From assembly GCA_046563655.1 (NCBI GenBank), contig CM102289.1, positions 4,278,001-4,342,000 on the forward strand: a stretch of 64,000 bases of DNA, in the 5' to 3' direction. The translations under genes and the position numbers were made by a program. The notes beneath the pieces were generated by a model. The model worked only from the letters and a program-made list of their open reading frames with translations. It was not told where the DNA came from and made no database searches. This DNA is from Yuukianura sp. NJ FZ-2021. Taxonomy: Eukaryota. Below are positions 11,169 to 23,226 of the stretch, piece by piece. Numbering within the stretch: position 1 is the first letter of the stretch; every line of letters starts with the position of its first letter.

Positions 11169-12227
11169 TTAAGTTATTTATTACAATGTTCAAGCATAAT
11201 AAATACAAATAAAATGTAAACAACACATCCACATATTACATTTGTTTCATAAACAATATTAAATTTTCAAAAAATTTTTGGTGAATAAATTTAGTAATTT
11301 GGTGTGTAAAGGAATCCCTGGCTAACTTACAACGACTACATTGATGCTAAACGCCAAAATCAACGATTCTAGGATTGCAATGAACGGAAACATGTGCACG
11401 CAGGTTCAACATTCCTGAATAACCAAGCTGTACTTCGAATATGTAAGTCCACTTTAGTGTCCGTCCATATAAGTGTCCGTAAGTAAATGTCCTCTCGCGA
11501 AACGCAATCGACGTGTGTGGTACGTCCTAAAAGAATCTTTTTTAAAAAAATGAATTTACTTTCTTTCAACTGACATGACGTGAGTTTTCGTCAACTGCAC
11601 CAACTGCTACAATTTCAACCAAGGCTTAAATTTTACGTCAATTGTTGAATTCCATACGACTTTTTCTCTACGATCCAATTTTCCCAAGCATGTTAGTTTT
11701 TTCGTTGGTTCCCAACGATTAGGTGTAATACCTCGCAATTTCAAAGCAAAAACTAGTCATTTTCTTGAACATCAGTTTTTTTGTATGTCATTTGATGTAG
11801 GGTTGTTTTTATGCAACCAAACTAACCTTACTTTCCTCAAGTCAAGTTAATTTAGGAAGACTCTAGGAGTAGAGAAACCATTTGAAAGGCACTGTTCAAA
11901 ACAACTTCTGTAAAAAAAATTCAAAAAAAGCAAACTTCCCAATGTGTTGAACATAAATAAAGCAAGATTAACCTAACTTTTAAATTTAACTCAGAAAAAC
12001 TGGTTTATGTTTATTCACGTGTCTGTTTCAGGGTTAACAAAACCAGTGGCTGCAGAATGAATAACGTTATTTCGTTTTTAACACGTCCAAGTATCACTAT
12101 GGTTTAAAAAGAAGTTCAATTTTGAACAATTTTTGACGTCTTTTAAAAAGTTTTCAAAAAATTTCAATTTGAGTCTTAAGAAGATTTTGAAGCTTCAATA
12201 AATTTGGAAATTTGAAGAAACTTCAAA

Positions 12228-15200
12228 ATGAAAGATCGACAGCAATCAGAAGAAATCGTGATTTCCGGAATCTCCGGGCGATTTCCACAATCCGATTCCG
12301 TCCACGAGTTTATTACGAATCTTATGGAACACCATGATCTCGTGACCTCCAACAGTCATCGGTTCACCGCCGGTCTCCATGGTCTGCCAAAAGGATTTGG
12401 CACACTAAAGGAAATTAATCGCTTCGACGCTGATTTTTTCGGGTTTTTGCCAAAACAAGTAGAAGCGACGGACCCGCAACTCCGCATTGGACTGGAAACG
12501 ACATACGAAGCGATGTTTGACGCAGGCGTGAATCCTGCCGATGAGCGCGGATCGCGAACCGGAGTTTTCACGGCGATCATTGGTCATGATGCTGTGGATC
12601 TCTGGTCACGGAAACCGGACAAAATGGACGGAGCGAACCTGATTGGTTCTTTGGGCACAATGATTCCGAATAGGATTTCGTATTGTTTTGACTTTAATGG
12701 ACCAAGTGCTAGTTACGATACTGCGTGCTCGACAAGCATTTTTGCACTGGAAGCGGCAGTGGCAGCGATTCAGTCTGGAGCATGTGATTCAGCGGTTGTG
12801 ATGGGCGCATGTCTGGTACTGGATCCGAGCCAAAGCGTCATGCGTTATCAAGCAGGAATGCTGGCCAGAGACTGTTTGCCGAAAACGTTTGATTCCGAGG
12901 GTAAGCTTTGCCCACCAAAACTCAAATTTTGTTTCAAAGATTTCATATTTTTACAGTGTTGCTGGATATCAACTTTTTTTGACTATTCGTCCAGTGGATA
13001 TCCAGTGGATAGTATATTTCATCCGGTTTCATCCGGAAGAAATGGCTGGATAAAATCAATATAAATGGATACTTCCACCTATTTTGATGTAGGTGGAAAA
13101 ATTATTTTATCCATCCAGCAACACTGTTATTAATTTTTTTTCAAAATTTCGAAATGTGAAAAATATTTAGCGACGGGATACGTTCGAGCCGAAGCGGTAG
13201 CGACAATTTATCTTCAGAAAAAGTCGGTTGCAAAACGTGCCTACGCAAGCGTCATTGGAATTGGGACGAATACGGACGGATACAAAGAGCGCGGCATTTT
13301 CTTCCCGTCGTCCACCATGCAGGGAAAATTGATTGAGGAAGTGTACCTGAGTGCAGGAATTGATCCCGCGGACGTCACTTACTTGGAGGCGCATGGCACC
13401 GGAACGCCAGCAGGAGATCCAGAAGAAATTAAAGCAATTTCACGCCACTTTTGCTTGAACAAGGACAGGAAATCCCCGCTTTTAATTGGCAGGTGAGAAC
13501 CGCAGTGACATACACAAGAAATTGCTTAATTACCCTATTTTTCTTTTTGAAATTCCCACTTGCGTAACAGTAAGCACTCAACTCCAAAATTTAAAGTTTC
13601 CACTTCTTTTTTTCAAATTTTATTTCTGGTTTGTAAAGTTAATTAGTGGGAAATTTTTGGTGGTTGTAATTTTTTTTTCAAAAAGTACAAGAAGTTATAA
13701 CTTGTTTATTGAACGTGTTTTTTTTATCAGCGTCAAGAGTAACATGGGACACGCCGAAGGAGCTTCTGGATTGTGCGCAATTGCAAAAATTGTGGGAATT
13801 TTGCAAAGTGGCATGATTCCCGCTAATCTGCACTATAACCAACCACACTACTCGATGAAGAACATACGAGACGGAAAACTAAAAGTGAACATGAGTGTCA
13901 AAATTTGAAAAATAAATGAAAAAAGTTACGAAACTACGAAACTCAATTTTTCGTTTTTAGGTCATCAACAAAAATACGGAGTGGAACGAAGGCTATATTG
14001 CTATAAACAATTTTGGTTTTGGAGGGGTCAACACCCATGTGATTTTGAAACCAATTTTGGCACCAAATTCAAACGGGCTTACAAACGGAAATGGACATCA
14101 CACAGATGACGATGGAGTCCTCCAGGAACTGATCATGCTCGGAGGAAGAACTCAGGAAGGAGTTGAAAAGAATTTGAAACATGTAATTTCGAAAAAGTTA
14201 AAACCAAAGAAATTTTGAAATTCAAAATTTACAAATTTCAATTTTCTTGAAATTCTTGCAATTTTTTAGTTAACTGACCGTGTAAACAATGATCAGCTTT
14301 ACCTTCTGAACGAAGTTAACCGTAGCTCCACCAAAGGGAAATTCCGCGGTTACGCCGTGACCGTAGCAGGAGTGACCGATACCCAAGCTGCTCCGTCGGA
14401 AAAACCGCCGTTGTGGTTCGTCATGAACGGAATGGGCAGTCAGTGGATCGGGATGGGCCGCGGACTTTTCAAATTTCCCGCGTTCAAGTCTGCTTTTGAG
14501 CAATGTTGCTCCGCCCTACTTGAATATAACTATGACCTTGACGCCGTTTACTTCTCCCAAGATCCCGCCATTTTTGAATCTCCCACAAACGCTTTTGCAT
14601 GTATCGGAGCCACTCAGATTGGACTCATCGACGTCCTGCGTCAACTTGGAATCAAACCGGACGGATTGGTTGGTCACTCTCTCGGGGAAGCTCTTTGTGC
14701 CTATGCGGACGGATGCGTGACACTCAAGGAGTCCATCGTCACAATTTACATGCGCGGAAAACCATGCGAGGACTATTTGTCCACGCAGAAAGGCTCTTTC
14801 GGAATGGCTGCAGTTTCACTATCGGCTGAAGCGACGGCCACAATTTGCCCCGAGGGGCTTACCGTTGCATGCCACAATTCGGACGGATCAACGACCGTGT
14901 CTGGTCCAATGGAACTGATTGACCAACTGAAATCAGCCAATGCCACAACGGGCATCAAGGTCACAGAGGTCAACTCGTGTGGAATGGCATTCCATTCGAG
15001 TCACGTGACTCCAGCGGCAGATGCTTACCTGAAGATGATCAAACCAATTTTGAAAAATCGGGCCAGGTCAACGGGGTGGTTCAGCACTTCAGTGCCGGCA
15101 GAAAAGTGGGAGGAGCCAAGTTCAAAAGTTTTTGGTCCGGAATACTTGTACAACAACTTCCTGTCGCCAGTACTTTTCAAACAAGCACTAGAACACATTC

Positions 15201-18200
15201 CACCGGGAGCAGTCATCGTCGAAGTCGGCGCCAGTGGACTACTACGCGGGCTAATTCAAAAAGGAACCCAAGACGCCACTGTCATTCCCCTGCAAGCCAG
15301 AAATACTGACTGTGTCACTTCCCTTCTAACTGCCCTCGGGCGTCTCTTTGTGGCGGGAATTAACTTTGATTTGAACAAGTTGACGAATCAGGAGCCTCGG
15401 TTACCGTTGCCAGGCAACACGCCCCTTCTGGGCCACTTAGTCGACTGGGATCACTCCCAGGCTTGGAACGTGCCGATGTATGGACAGGAAGTTGGGGACG
15501 GATCGAGCAAGTACGACTTTTGTTTGGCGCGAAAAGAGGATGAGTATTTGTCTGGTCACATGATTGCTGGGAGAGTTTTGTTTCCTGCCGGGGCGTATAT
15601 TTACTTGGCATGGAAGCATTTCGCAGCGTCAATGCAGTTGGACACAGAAGATGCCCCGGTTGTCTTGGAAGATGTCAAGTTTCTGCGTGCCACTGTCATC
15701 CGGTCATCCGGTAAGAAATTCTGGTCAAAATTTTGGCGGGAATTCATCAAATTGCTGATCTTGCTGAATTAGAGCCTGATAGTTCTATGGTTAGAGCTCT
15801 TCCGGGATTAGTCAGATGCGGGTTCGAATCCAACTTGGTTCTATATTTTTTCTGCACAATCATTCTTTGCTTCTCAAGACTTGTGGGCCCTGAACCTTAC
15901 AGAATTTAAAGTTCATGAGAGATTTTGTAAAAGTCAAGGTTTGGAGGGAATACATGCAATTTTTTGCGTTGCAGATACGACGGAATTTCACGTGAGCATT
16001 TTGCCGGGAAGTGGAGCTTTTGAAATTCGCGAAGGAAACACAGCTGTTTGTATCGGAAAAATTCGAACGCCCGGGAACGCCATGCATGAAGAAAAAACAC
16101 AGGAACATCGATGGCGCGAAATTGAAACTTCTGGTTTGAGTTCACTCAAAAATTTTGAAGAAACGCAAACATCTGATGACATTTACAAACGACTTCGTTT
16201 TCTCGGCTACGAATACTCCGGAGAATTCAAAGCAATTCAAAAAGTTGACCCGTCTGGAACAAATTTTCTGCTTGGTTTCAAATCCAATTGGGTCAGTTTC
16301 ATTGACACTATGCTGCAAACGACATTTCGGATTTATGGCGCCAAGGGCTACCCAACTGACTTGTCCGTTCCAACCGAAGTTTCCAAAATTTTGATTCAGC
16401 CCGGGAAATTGCGGGAACACATCGTCATGGACACGGGATCTGCACAGGTCTTTGTCAACTATGACCCGTTGACCCATATTATCAAATGTGACGGAGTTGA
16501 AGTCGAGGGGCTCAAAATGACCAAGTTGTCACATAGTGTCCATGACGAGTTCCCTACTGTGATTTCTCATCATGGATTTGATCCGTATATGTACGAATCT
16601 GGAGAACAGTGGAAAAATGATCGCTTTTCGCATGTCCTGCTCTGTGCAGCCATCGTCATGGAAAACTTCGGAACGACGCAGCGGCGTGGACAGCAACCAA
16701 CAATTTTCGAATTTTGTACCAAAGTGCAACGGTGTGAAACCGTCCAAATGGCAAACTTGATCCGCTCTGACTTTAACACGCCAGAAGTAAGTTAACGCGG
16801 TAACTTTTACAAAAAAAAAACACCAAATCCACTCGAAGATGAGTTTTTGAACATGTTCTCAGCTTATCCCAAGCGCCGGTACAAAATCTATGAAACAATG
16901 TAGTTAGTAAACTAATTTTTAATTATAAACGCTATTAATTGTTGCTGCAACTATTATTTCTTGTTTTTATACCAGTGCTTGGGGTAAGTTGAGACAATGT
17001 TCAATAATCTCTTTATCGAGTGGCGTATATGTAGCAGCTTAGCAGCTAAACAACACAAGAATACACTCGAAAGTGTGTTTTTAAAGTCGCAGAGCTTACG
17101 CCAAACCAGCACAAAATCTAGAAATAAGAAGTTGTAACAGCTAGCTTATACCTAGAAAGAATATTTTTGATTTATAAATATTTTTCATAGTTGCTACCGC
17201 TATTGTCACTAGATTTTGTGCTGGAGTTCAAGGTCACTTTTAAAAAAAAATATTTAATTTTTGTTTAGATTGACTACACCCTCTGCGCGGACTTGCTAAG
17301 CGAAGGGATTAAAAAATCTTTGGCACAGAGCAACGTGAAATTTATTCACCCAGGAGAAATCGCAAGTCTGTGGGATTACATTCAGAAGAGGTACGATCTG
17401 ATCGTAATTGACGAAATGATTCTCATCCGAAAAGTTATTTCGGGCTTGAGAAAAGGCGGGTTTTTGATTTTGAAATCTGTCCGCGGAACTATCACTCGGG
17501 AAGAACTTGAACAACGAATAGAATCAGATGACGCCAAGTACCACATCATTGCCCATAAAATCTCATTTGACTATGACATTTTTCTCATTAGAAGAGTAAG
17601 TCACTACAAATATCCAAAACTGAAAGTTACAAACAATTTGAAACTTTAATGAAACTAAAAGAAATTTTTTGGGGGAGGAAAATCTGTTTCCTCCTTTTTC
17701 AATTTTCTTCTAGTTACGGTAATAAGAATAGGCTATTAAAAGCCTACTTTAGTTGAAAGTTTGTTCAAAATTTAAAAAATACTAAATTCAAAATTTTTAG
17801 GATACAAAGAAAAAGTGCAAAGACATCGAAGTCATTTCTATCGACAGTTCAACTACTTGGGTGGACAAATTGTCGAAAACGATGATTCGGTACGAGCAAC
17901 TTGTCGAAGCCGACGTGCCGCTTCCCCGGCTGTACTTGGTGTCTACTGGAAAAGACGCCGTAGACTCTGGAGTGCTTGGACTCACTTTGTGTCTGCGCAA
18001 AGAACCGTTTACGCACTCCGTTCGTTGCATCTACAGCGCAGATCCAATGGAACTAAACTTCGACCAACCCAGTGCACTTTTGCAAGAAATTTTGGACAAA
18101 GACATGGTTTTTAACATGATTGACCAATCGGGAAGACTCGGCTGTTTGATCCACTCTGTAATTAGCACAAAAGATGCAACTGCGACTACTTCTTCGGCGT

Positions 18201-21200
18201 ACCTCGGAATTGAGTCTTTCGGTGACCTGAGCTCGTTGACCTGGAACGAAGGGATCCAGCTCGACACTTTGCCAAAACTTCCTGGCCTGGTCCCAGTACA
18301 TGTCAGTGCATTTGGACTCAATTTCAAAGATCTGATGATTTGTACGGGCAATTTGGCAACTGAACTGAAGACAGAGTTTCCACATTGCTACCAGACTCCG
18401 ATTGGTTTCGAATTTTCCGGAACTACGACGAATGGTCGGCGGGTTTTTGGAATTTGCGCAGCACAGGGCATGGCAACGCAAGTTTTGGCATCCGAAGAGC
18501 TTTTGTGGGACATTCCGCAAGGTTGGAGTTTTGAAGAAGCTGCCACTGTACCGGTTGCATACGCAACGGTAAGTGTATAAAATATTTTAGTCAAATGTTT
18601 AACTTTTTGGAATATCTTCGGAGCCACATTACTTGTAGGTAACCTTTTGTAATATTTTAGGCATATTTTGCTCTGGTGGTACGTGGACAATTGGTTGAAG
18701 GAGAATCGGTTTTGATTCATCTTGGCCTCGGATCAGTTGGAATTGCCGCCATTCGAATTGCTCTTAACTACAACTGCCAAATATTTACCACAGTGGGGTC
18801 GGACAGAAAAGTGAAGCGAATGCGTGAAATGTTTCCAGAGGTATGCACTAACCTAACTCAAAACGTAATATTTTATAAACATAATGTAACAATAAATAAT
18901 AATGTAATATTCACACAATATTGTGTTGTTACTTACTAAAGAGGATAGCATAATACAACATTGGTGCCTTATTTTAGATTCCCTCGGGAAATATTGGATG
19001 CTCGCGAGATTCTCGATTTGAGCAAATGGTTCGTACCGGTACGCAAGGAAGAGGCGTTGACCTCGTTCTGAACGCAACTGCCGGCGACCTCCTCCGAGCT
19101 TCCGTTCGTTGCCTTGCTCAGCACGGTAGATTTTTGGAAATCGGTCGTGTTGACCTCGCCAAGAATTCGAATCTCGGCCTGGACATATTTCTACGCGACG
19201 CAACTTTTCACGGAATTCAGCTCGACTTGATGCTCAGAGAAGGACGATCCGACTTGCGTAAAAGTTTGTTGACGCATGTGCAAAACGGTATCGCTTCGGG
19301 TGTCGTTAGGCCTATACCGTACCGTGTCTACCTAAAACAGCAACTGGAACCGGCATTTCGGTACATGGGGCAAGGTCTACATTCTGGAAAAGTCGTAATA
19401 TCTCTGCGTCGTTCGGAAGATGGCGGGAACGTTTCGGTTTCAGCGAAACGCAAGGTTTATTTTAACCCGTGCAAAAGTTACGTGATCCTTGGAGGACTTG
19501 GGGGCGTTGGACTAGAATTTATCAACTGGATGACTCTGCGTAATGCCCGTTACATTGTGATCACCTCCAGAACTGGGAAATTGACACCCTACTCGCGGAA
19601 TTACATCAAAATTTGGCGGGAAAGAGGCGTGGATGTCCAAGTTATTGCAAAAAATGCCGTGCGTGAAGAAGATGCTCGTGAGATTTTAAACTACGCGGGT
19701 CAACTTGCCCCGATTGCTGGCATTTTCAATCTGACTCTTCACTTGGACATTAAGCTAATGAAGCACCAAACTGCGCAGTCGTTCCAAGAGGTAATGGACC
19801 CCAAGATCACCATCACCCGAAACTTGGACAAAGTCAGCCGTGAGCTCTGCCATGACTTGGATCACTTTGTCCTCTTTTCAAGCATTTCGTCCGCTGTTGG
19901 ATTCGATGGTCAGACGAACTACGGATTTGCAAATTCTGGAGCAGAGAGATTGATTGAGCAGAGAGTCCGTGACGGATTGGCTGGAAGAGCGATCCAGTGG
20001 GGACCAATCGGAGAAGTTGGTGCGTGGCATGAAGCCTATAACAAAGATTTTTCACGTGTCCACTTCCAGGGCGTGGCTGTCCAGAGCATTTCAGCGGCCC
20101 TTGAGGCCCTTGACCTACTCTTTACAATTCCCGGTCCAGCGGTGACATTTTGTCGAAAAGTGTACTGCGAAGAATCCTCTTTAGAAGCGGCCCTTCACCG
20201 AGATGATTTCAACCTTACAGATCGAATTGCACGCATTCTCGGTCACACTTCAGCTTCCAAGTTGAACAAAAAGCACAAACTGGTTGACCTTGGCATGGAC
20301 TCCATCATGTCCATGGAGGTCACGCATGTGCTCAAAGCAGATTTTGGCCTTGAACTTTCAGCGGGAGAAATCCGGGGATACACTTTGGAGCAACTTAACG
20401 AAATGTCCAACCACAATCGGAATGAAAATGCCACAGTTTCAGCGGAAATGCCCAAAATGAAAATGGCAACGGCGGGACTTGTGCAACTCAACTTTTTGAA
20501 AAGCATCACAAAATCAAGATTTCATCACACGGAAATTTTGTATCCGATTAATCAAATGGCGCTGGATGGAGTAAAAGAACCGGGACTTGCAACTGTCCTG
20601 GTATGTAACTCCCTTGAAGGGCCGGACGTTCTCAGGGTCCTGGGATCCCTTACGAAGGCCCCCTGCTACTCACTTCAAATGTCAAGCCAAAACACAACGG
20701 CCACCTCCATTTTGGATACAGTCGACGAATTCATCGGGGTAATTTCTAACATTTCTACTAAATACAAAAAAAAATTGTAGTTTGTGTGTCCTTTACGTTA
20801 CTTGTTTTGTCTATCAGAAAATCTGTAGCTTTTTTTTGCCGTAAAGTTTCCAGGATTGTGTATAGATAGAAGAATTTGAGCGACATTTTTCGAAAAACGT
20901 GTGATTTCGTTTTTTTCAGGCACTTGAACGTGCAAATGTGAAGGGTCCGTATATTGTAGCCGGTCTGTCTGCTGGTGTGTTTGCAGCCTACGAGATGAGC
21001 GTCAGATTTCAAAAAATGAAACAAGTAAAGAAAACTAATTTCGATTTAAATTTTTTCGAAAAGTGAGTTGGAATTTTGAATACCTTTGAAATGATTGCAG
21101 ATGATAAAGTTGATTTGGCTGGACATGACGTTTGACCGGCTGAGTGCAATAGTGAGTGAAAATTTTGGCGGAGCGACGTCAATTGATGAAATTAGCGACG

Positions 21201-21823
21201 ATGAACTTTTAGTTTTCGTCACTTCCCAATTTTTTGGTTTTGACAAAACACTGGTAAGCATTGGCATCATAAAGTTTTGAAAACAAAATGTCGTCAAAAA
21301 CAATTATTTTTTGGAAAATTTTGGAACCTTAGCTGGAAAAAATTATGCGAGAAGAAACTACTTTCGAGGGGAAAATGGATCGACTGTTAGAAATTTTCCA
21401 GTCAGTTTGTGAGGGTGAATTGGATGAAGAAGGATTTCGGAAATTTGCAATTTCTGATTGGCGCTCAATGGGCAAACTCATGAAAGACTACGTTCCAAAG
21501 GAAAAGTTCACTGAGAAAACAGTTTTGGTCAAAACTACGCAAAATTTGATTGCTTACGACATCTCGGAGTACTGGGGACTGGAAAAGGTATTTCAGCAGA
21601 ATTCGAAAAAAAATAGAAACAAAAACAAAATATAAGAAAATTTTGTAGCAACTACCTATATTCTTTTGCGTAGATTTGCACGCAGGTACCCGAAGTGATA
21701 GTAGTGGACACTACACACTCGTATCTCATAGCAGAACCTGCAGTACGAGACGTTGTTGAGCTAATCAATGACTGTGTACACGTCGGTGGCGAGCTGCCGA
21801 CTACGGACAATACGGAGCAATAA
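12228..21823 (+). CDS. Type I fatty acid synthase / animal FAS-like megasynthase (KS-AT-DH-psiMT-ER-KR-ACP-TE), multi-exon
   Basis: KS DTACSTS, EAHGTGT, KSNMGH; AT GHSLGE, AFHS; DH HMIAGRVLFP, FIDTMLQ; ER LIHLGLGSVG; KR GGLGGVG, NYGFAN; ACP LGMDSIM; TE GLSAG and DTTHSY. Last exon 21674-21823 ends in TAA. Confidence 0.95.
12954..13126. mobile_element. MITE (173 bp) in FAS intron 1
   Basis: Perfect 14-bp TIRs CAGTGTTGCTGGAT (12954-12967) and ATCCAGCAACACTG (13113-13126), flanked by TTA on both sides. Internal TGGAT/ATCC repeats. Confidence 0.75.
15772..15841 (+). mobile_element. tRNA-derived SINE head or tRNA pseudogene in a FAS intron
   Basis: A-box-like TAGTTCTATGG (15780-15790), D-arm GTTC/GAGC, and perfect B-box GGTTCGAATCC (15821-15831). 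Anticodon and T stems are broken. Confidence 0.55.
16829..17023. repeat. Foldback/MITE-like element with ~60-bp imperfect inverted arms in a FAS intron
   Basis: Left CCACTCGAAGATGAGTTTTTGAACATGTTCTCAGCTTATCCCAAGCGCCGGTACAAAA aligns to the reverse complement of the right end (CCACTCGATAAAGAGATTATTGAACATTGTCTCAACTTACCCCAAGCACTGGTATAAAA). Confidence 0.7.
17106..17224. repeat. Second foldback element, perfect 16-bp inverted repeat
   Basis: CCAGCACAAAATCTAG (17106-17121) and CTAGATTTTGTGCTGG (17209-17224). Preceded by CACTCGAAAG, similar to the start of the neighbouring element. Confidence 0.65.
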
Positions 21824-23226
21824 CTTTTACTAATATGAGTTAGAACATAAATTCGTTTATCAAAGCTAAAATTCACGACTTCACCTTCACAACCTTAACC
21901 TCCTCATACATTTCAAAAGAATAAAAATTGTTTCAAGTTATGATTTTCCCATTTTCATAGACGACTATACTAAAAATTATATCAGTTAAACGCTGTACCT
22001 ACTAAAAATTTACAACTAATGTTTTTTTCTCTCCTTGGATGCTCAAATTTTTGTAGTTGTGGCTATAACACATATATAAACAGCTATAAGGTAAGGACAG
22101 TAAGATTTGAGGTTCTTTTTCTCTGAAAAAAAATCGATTGCCGGTTTGCTAATGATTTGATCAAGTAATTCTCCGCGCTTTAATTGTGGTCCAACACAGA
22201 GTTAATTGAAGAATTTTTGTAAAAATTAGTTTAACTTTGGTGTTAGTTTACGGCCTAAGGAAGACAGTTAACCTAAGTATAAACAGCTATTTTTATTCTT
22301 TAATAAGTCAGTCGGATATAATGCTTTCCTGCTTTTGCTTCCAGAACACAAAAAACAACGAACAAGCAACGTTCTCGAGGGTTATTATTCCATTAAAAAA
22401 TTATGCATAATAAACATTCTTAACTCAACATTAATATTTATCAAACTCTGTAACCTAATTTTCTGCAAGAAGCGTAACAACCTGCATGCAGGACGCTTCC
22501 CGAGATTAAAGAATTGAATTGAATTGAATTGAACTTGTGCCACACTTTTTTGTTTGTATTTTTGGTTGTTTCAGAAGCAAATGCCGCATTGAATGTCACT
22601 GGTTGCGGTCATTGGTAACTGGTCACTGGTTAACTAGGGTTGCGTTTTGATCCCCCCTCCCTTTCATAGTCCATAATGTTAGTAACAACAACAGGCCTCA
22701 AAACAGTTAACTTGTTGCGTCGCGAGCTGAGGAGCTAACCCTGCTTATCTGACAACAAAATTCAGCGGATTGGTAATGCCCATAATTTGATTTGGTGCAA
22801 GCTGTGCTGTGACGTTTTGGATTCCTGCGATTGTTCAGTTCGAACTCCTTGGATTTTTTAGAAATCAGTAGCTAACCAATTCGAAGTTATCCTGCAATGG
22901 TTATGTGTGGTTTATAAAACTCTTACAGGATTTTTTCTAAGCCTAGCTTGTCCGCTATTAGGATTCCGTACATTGATTGATTGAAAGTGTACACCCCTCA
23001 TACAAATCCGAGAAATCTGAGAAGTCCGTAATCCGACGTTTAGCCAGACCCCAATAAACAGCGGGGATGGGGAATCAAAGCATGTGCTCCGCTCCGAGTC
23101 CGAAGTCCGAACGTTAACGTTGTCTTGTATTATTGTTTTGAAGTTATAAAGTATATAGAACTCTGAAAACTGATAACTTTTAGTCACTACTTAATTTCAC
23201 ATGCGTTTTGTTTCAGTAAAGGAAGA

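Noticed and set aside
22511..22533. (GAATT)n short tandem run
   Set aside because: Ordinary microsatellite with no further structure.
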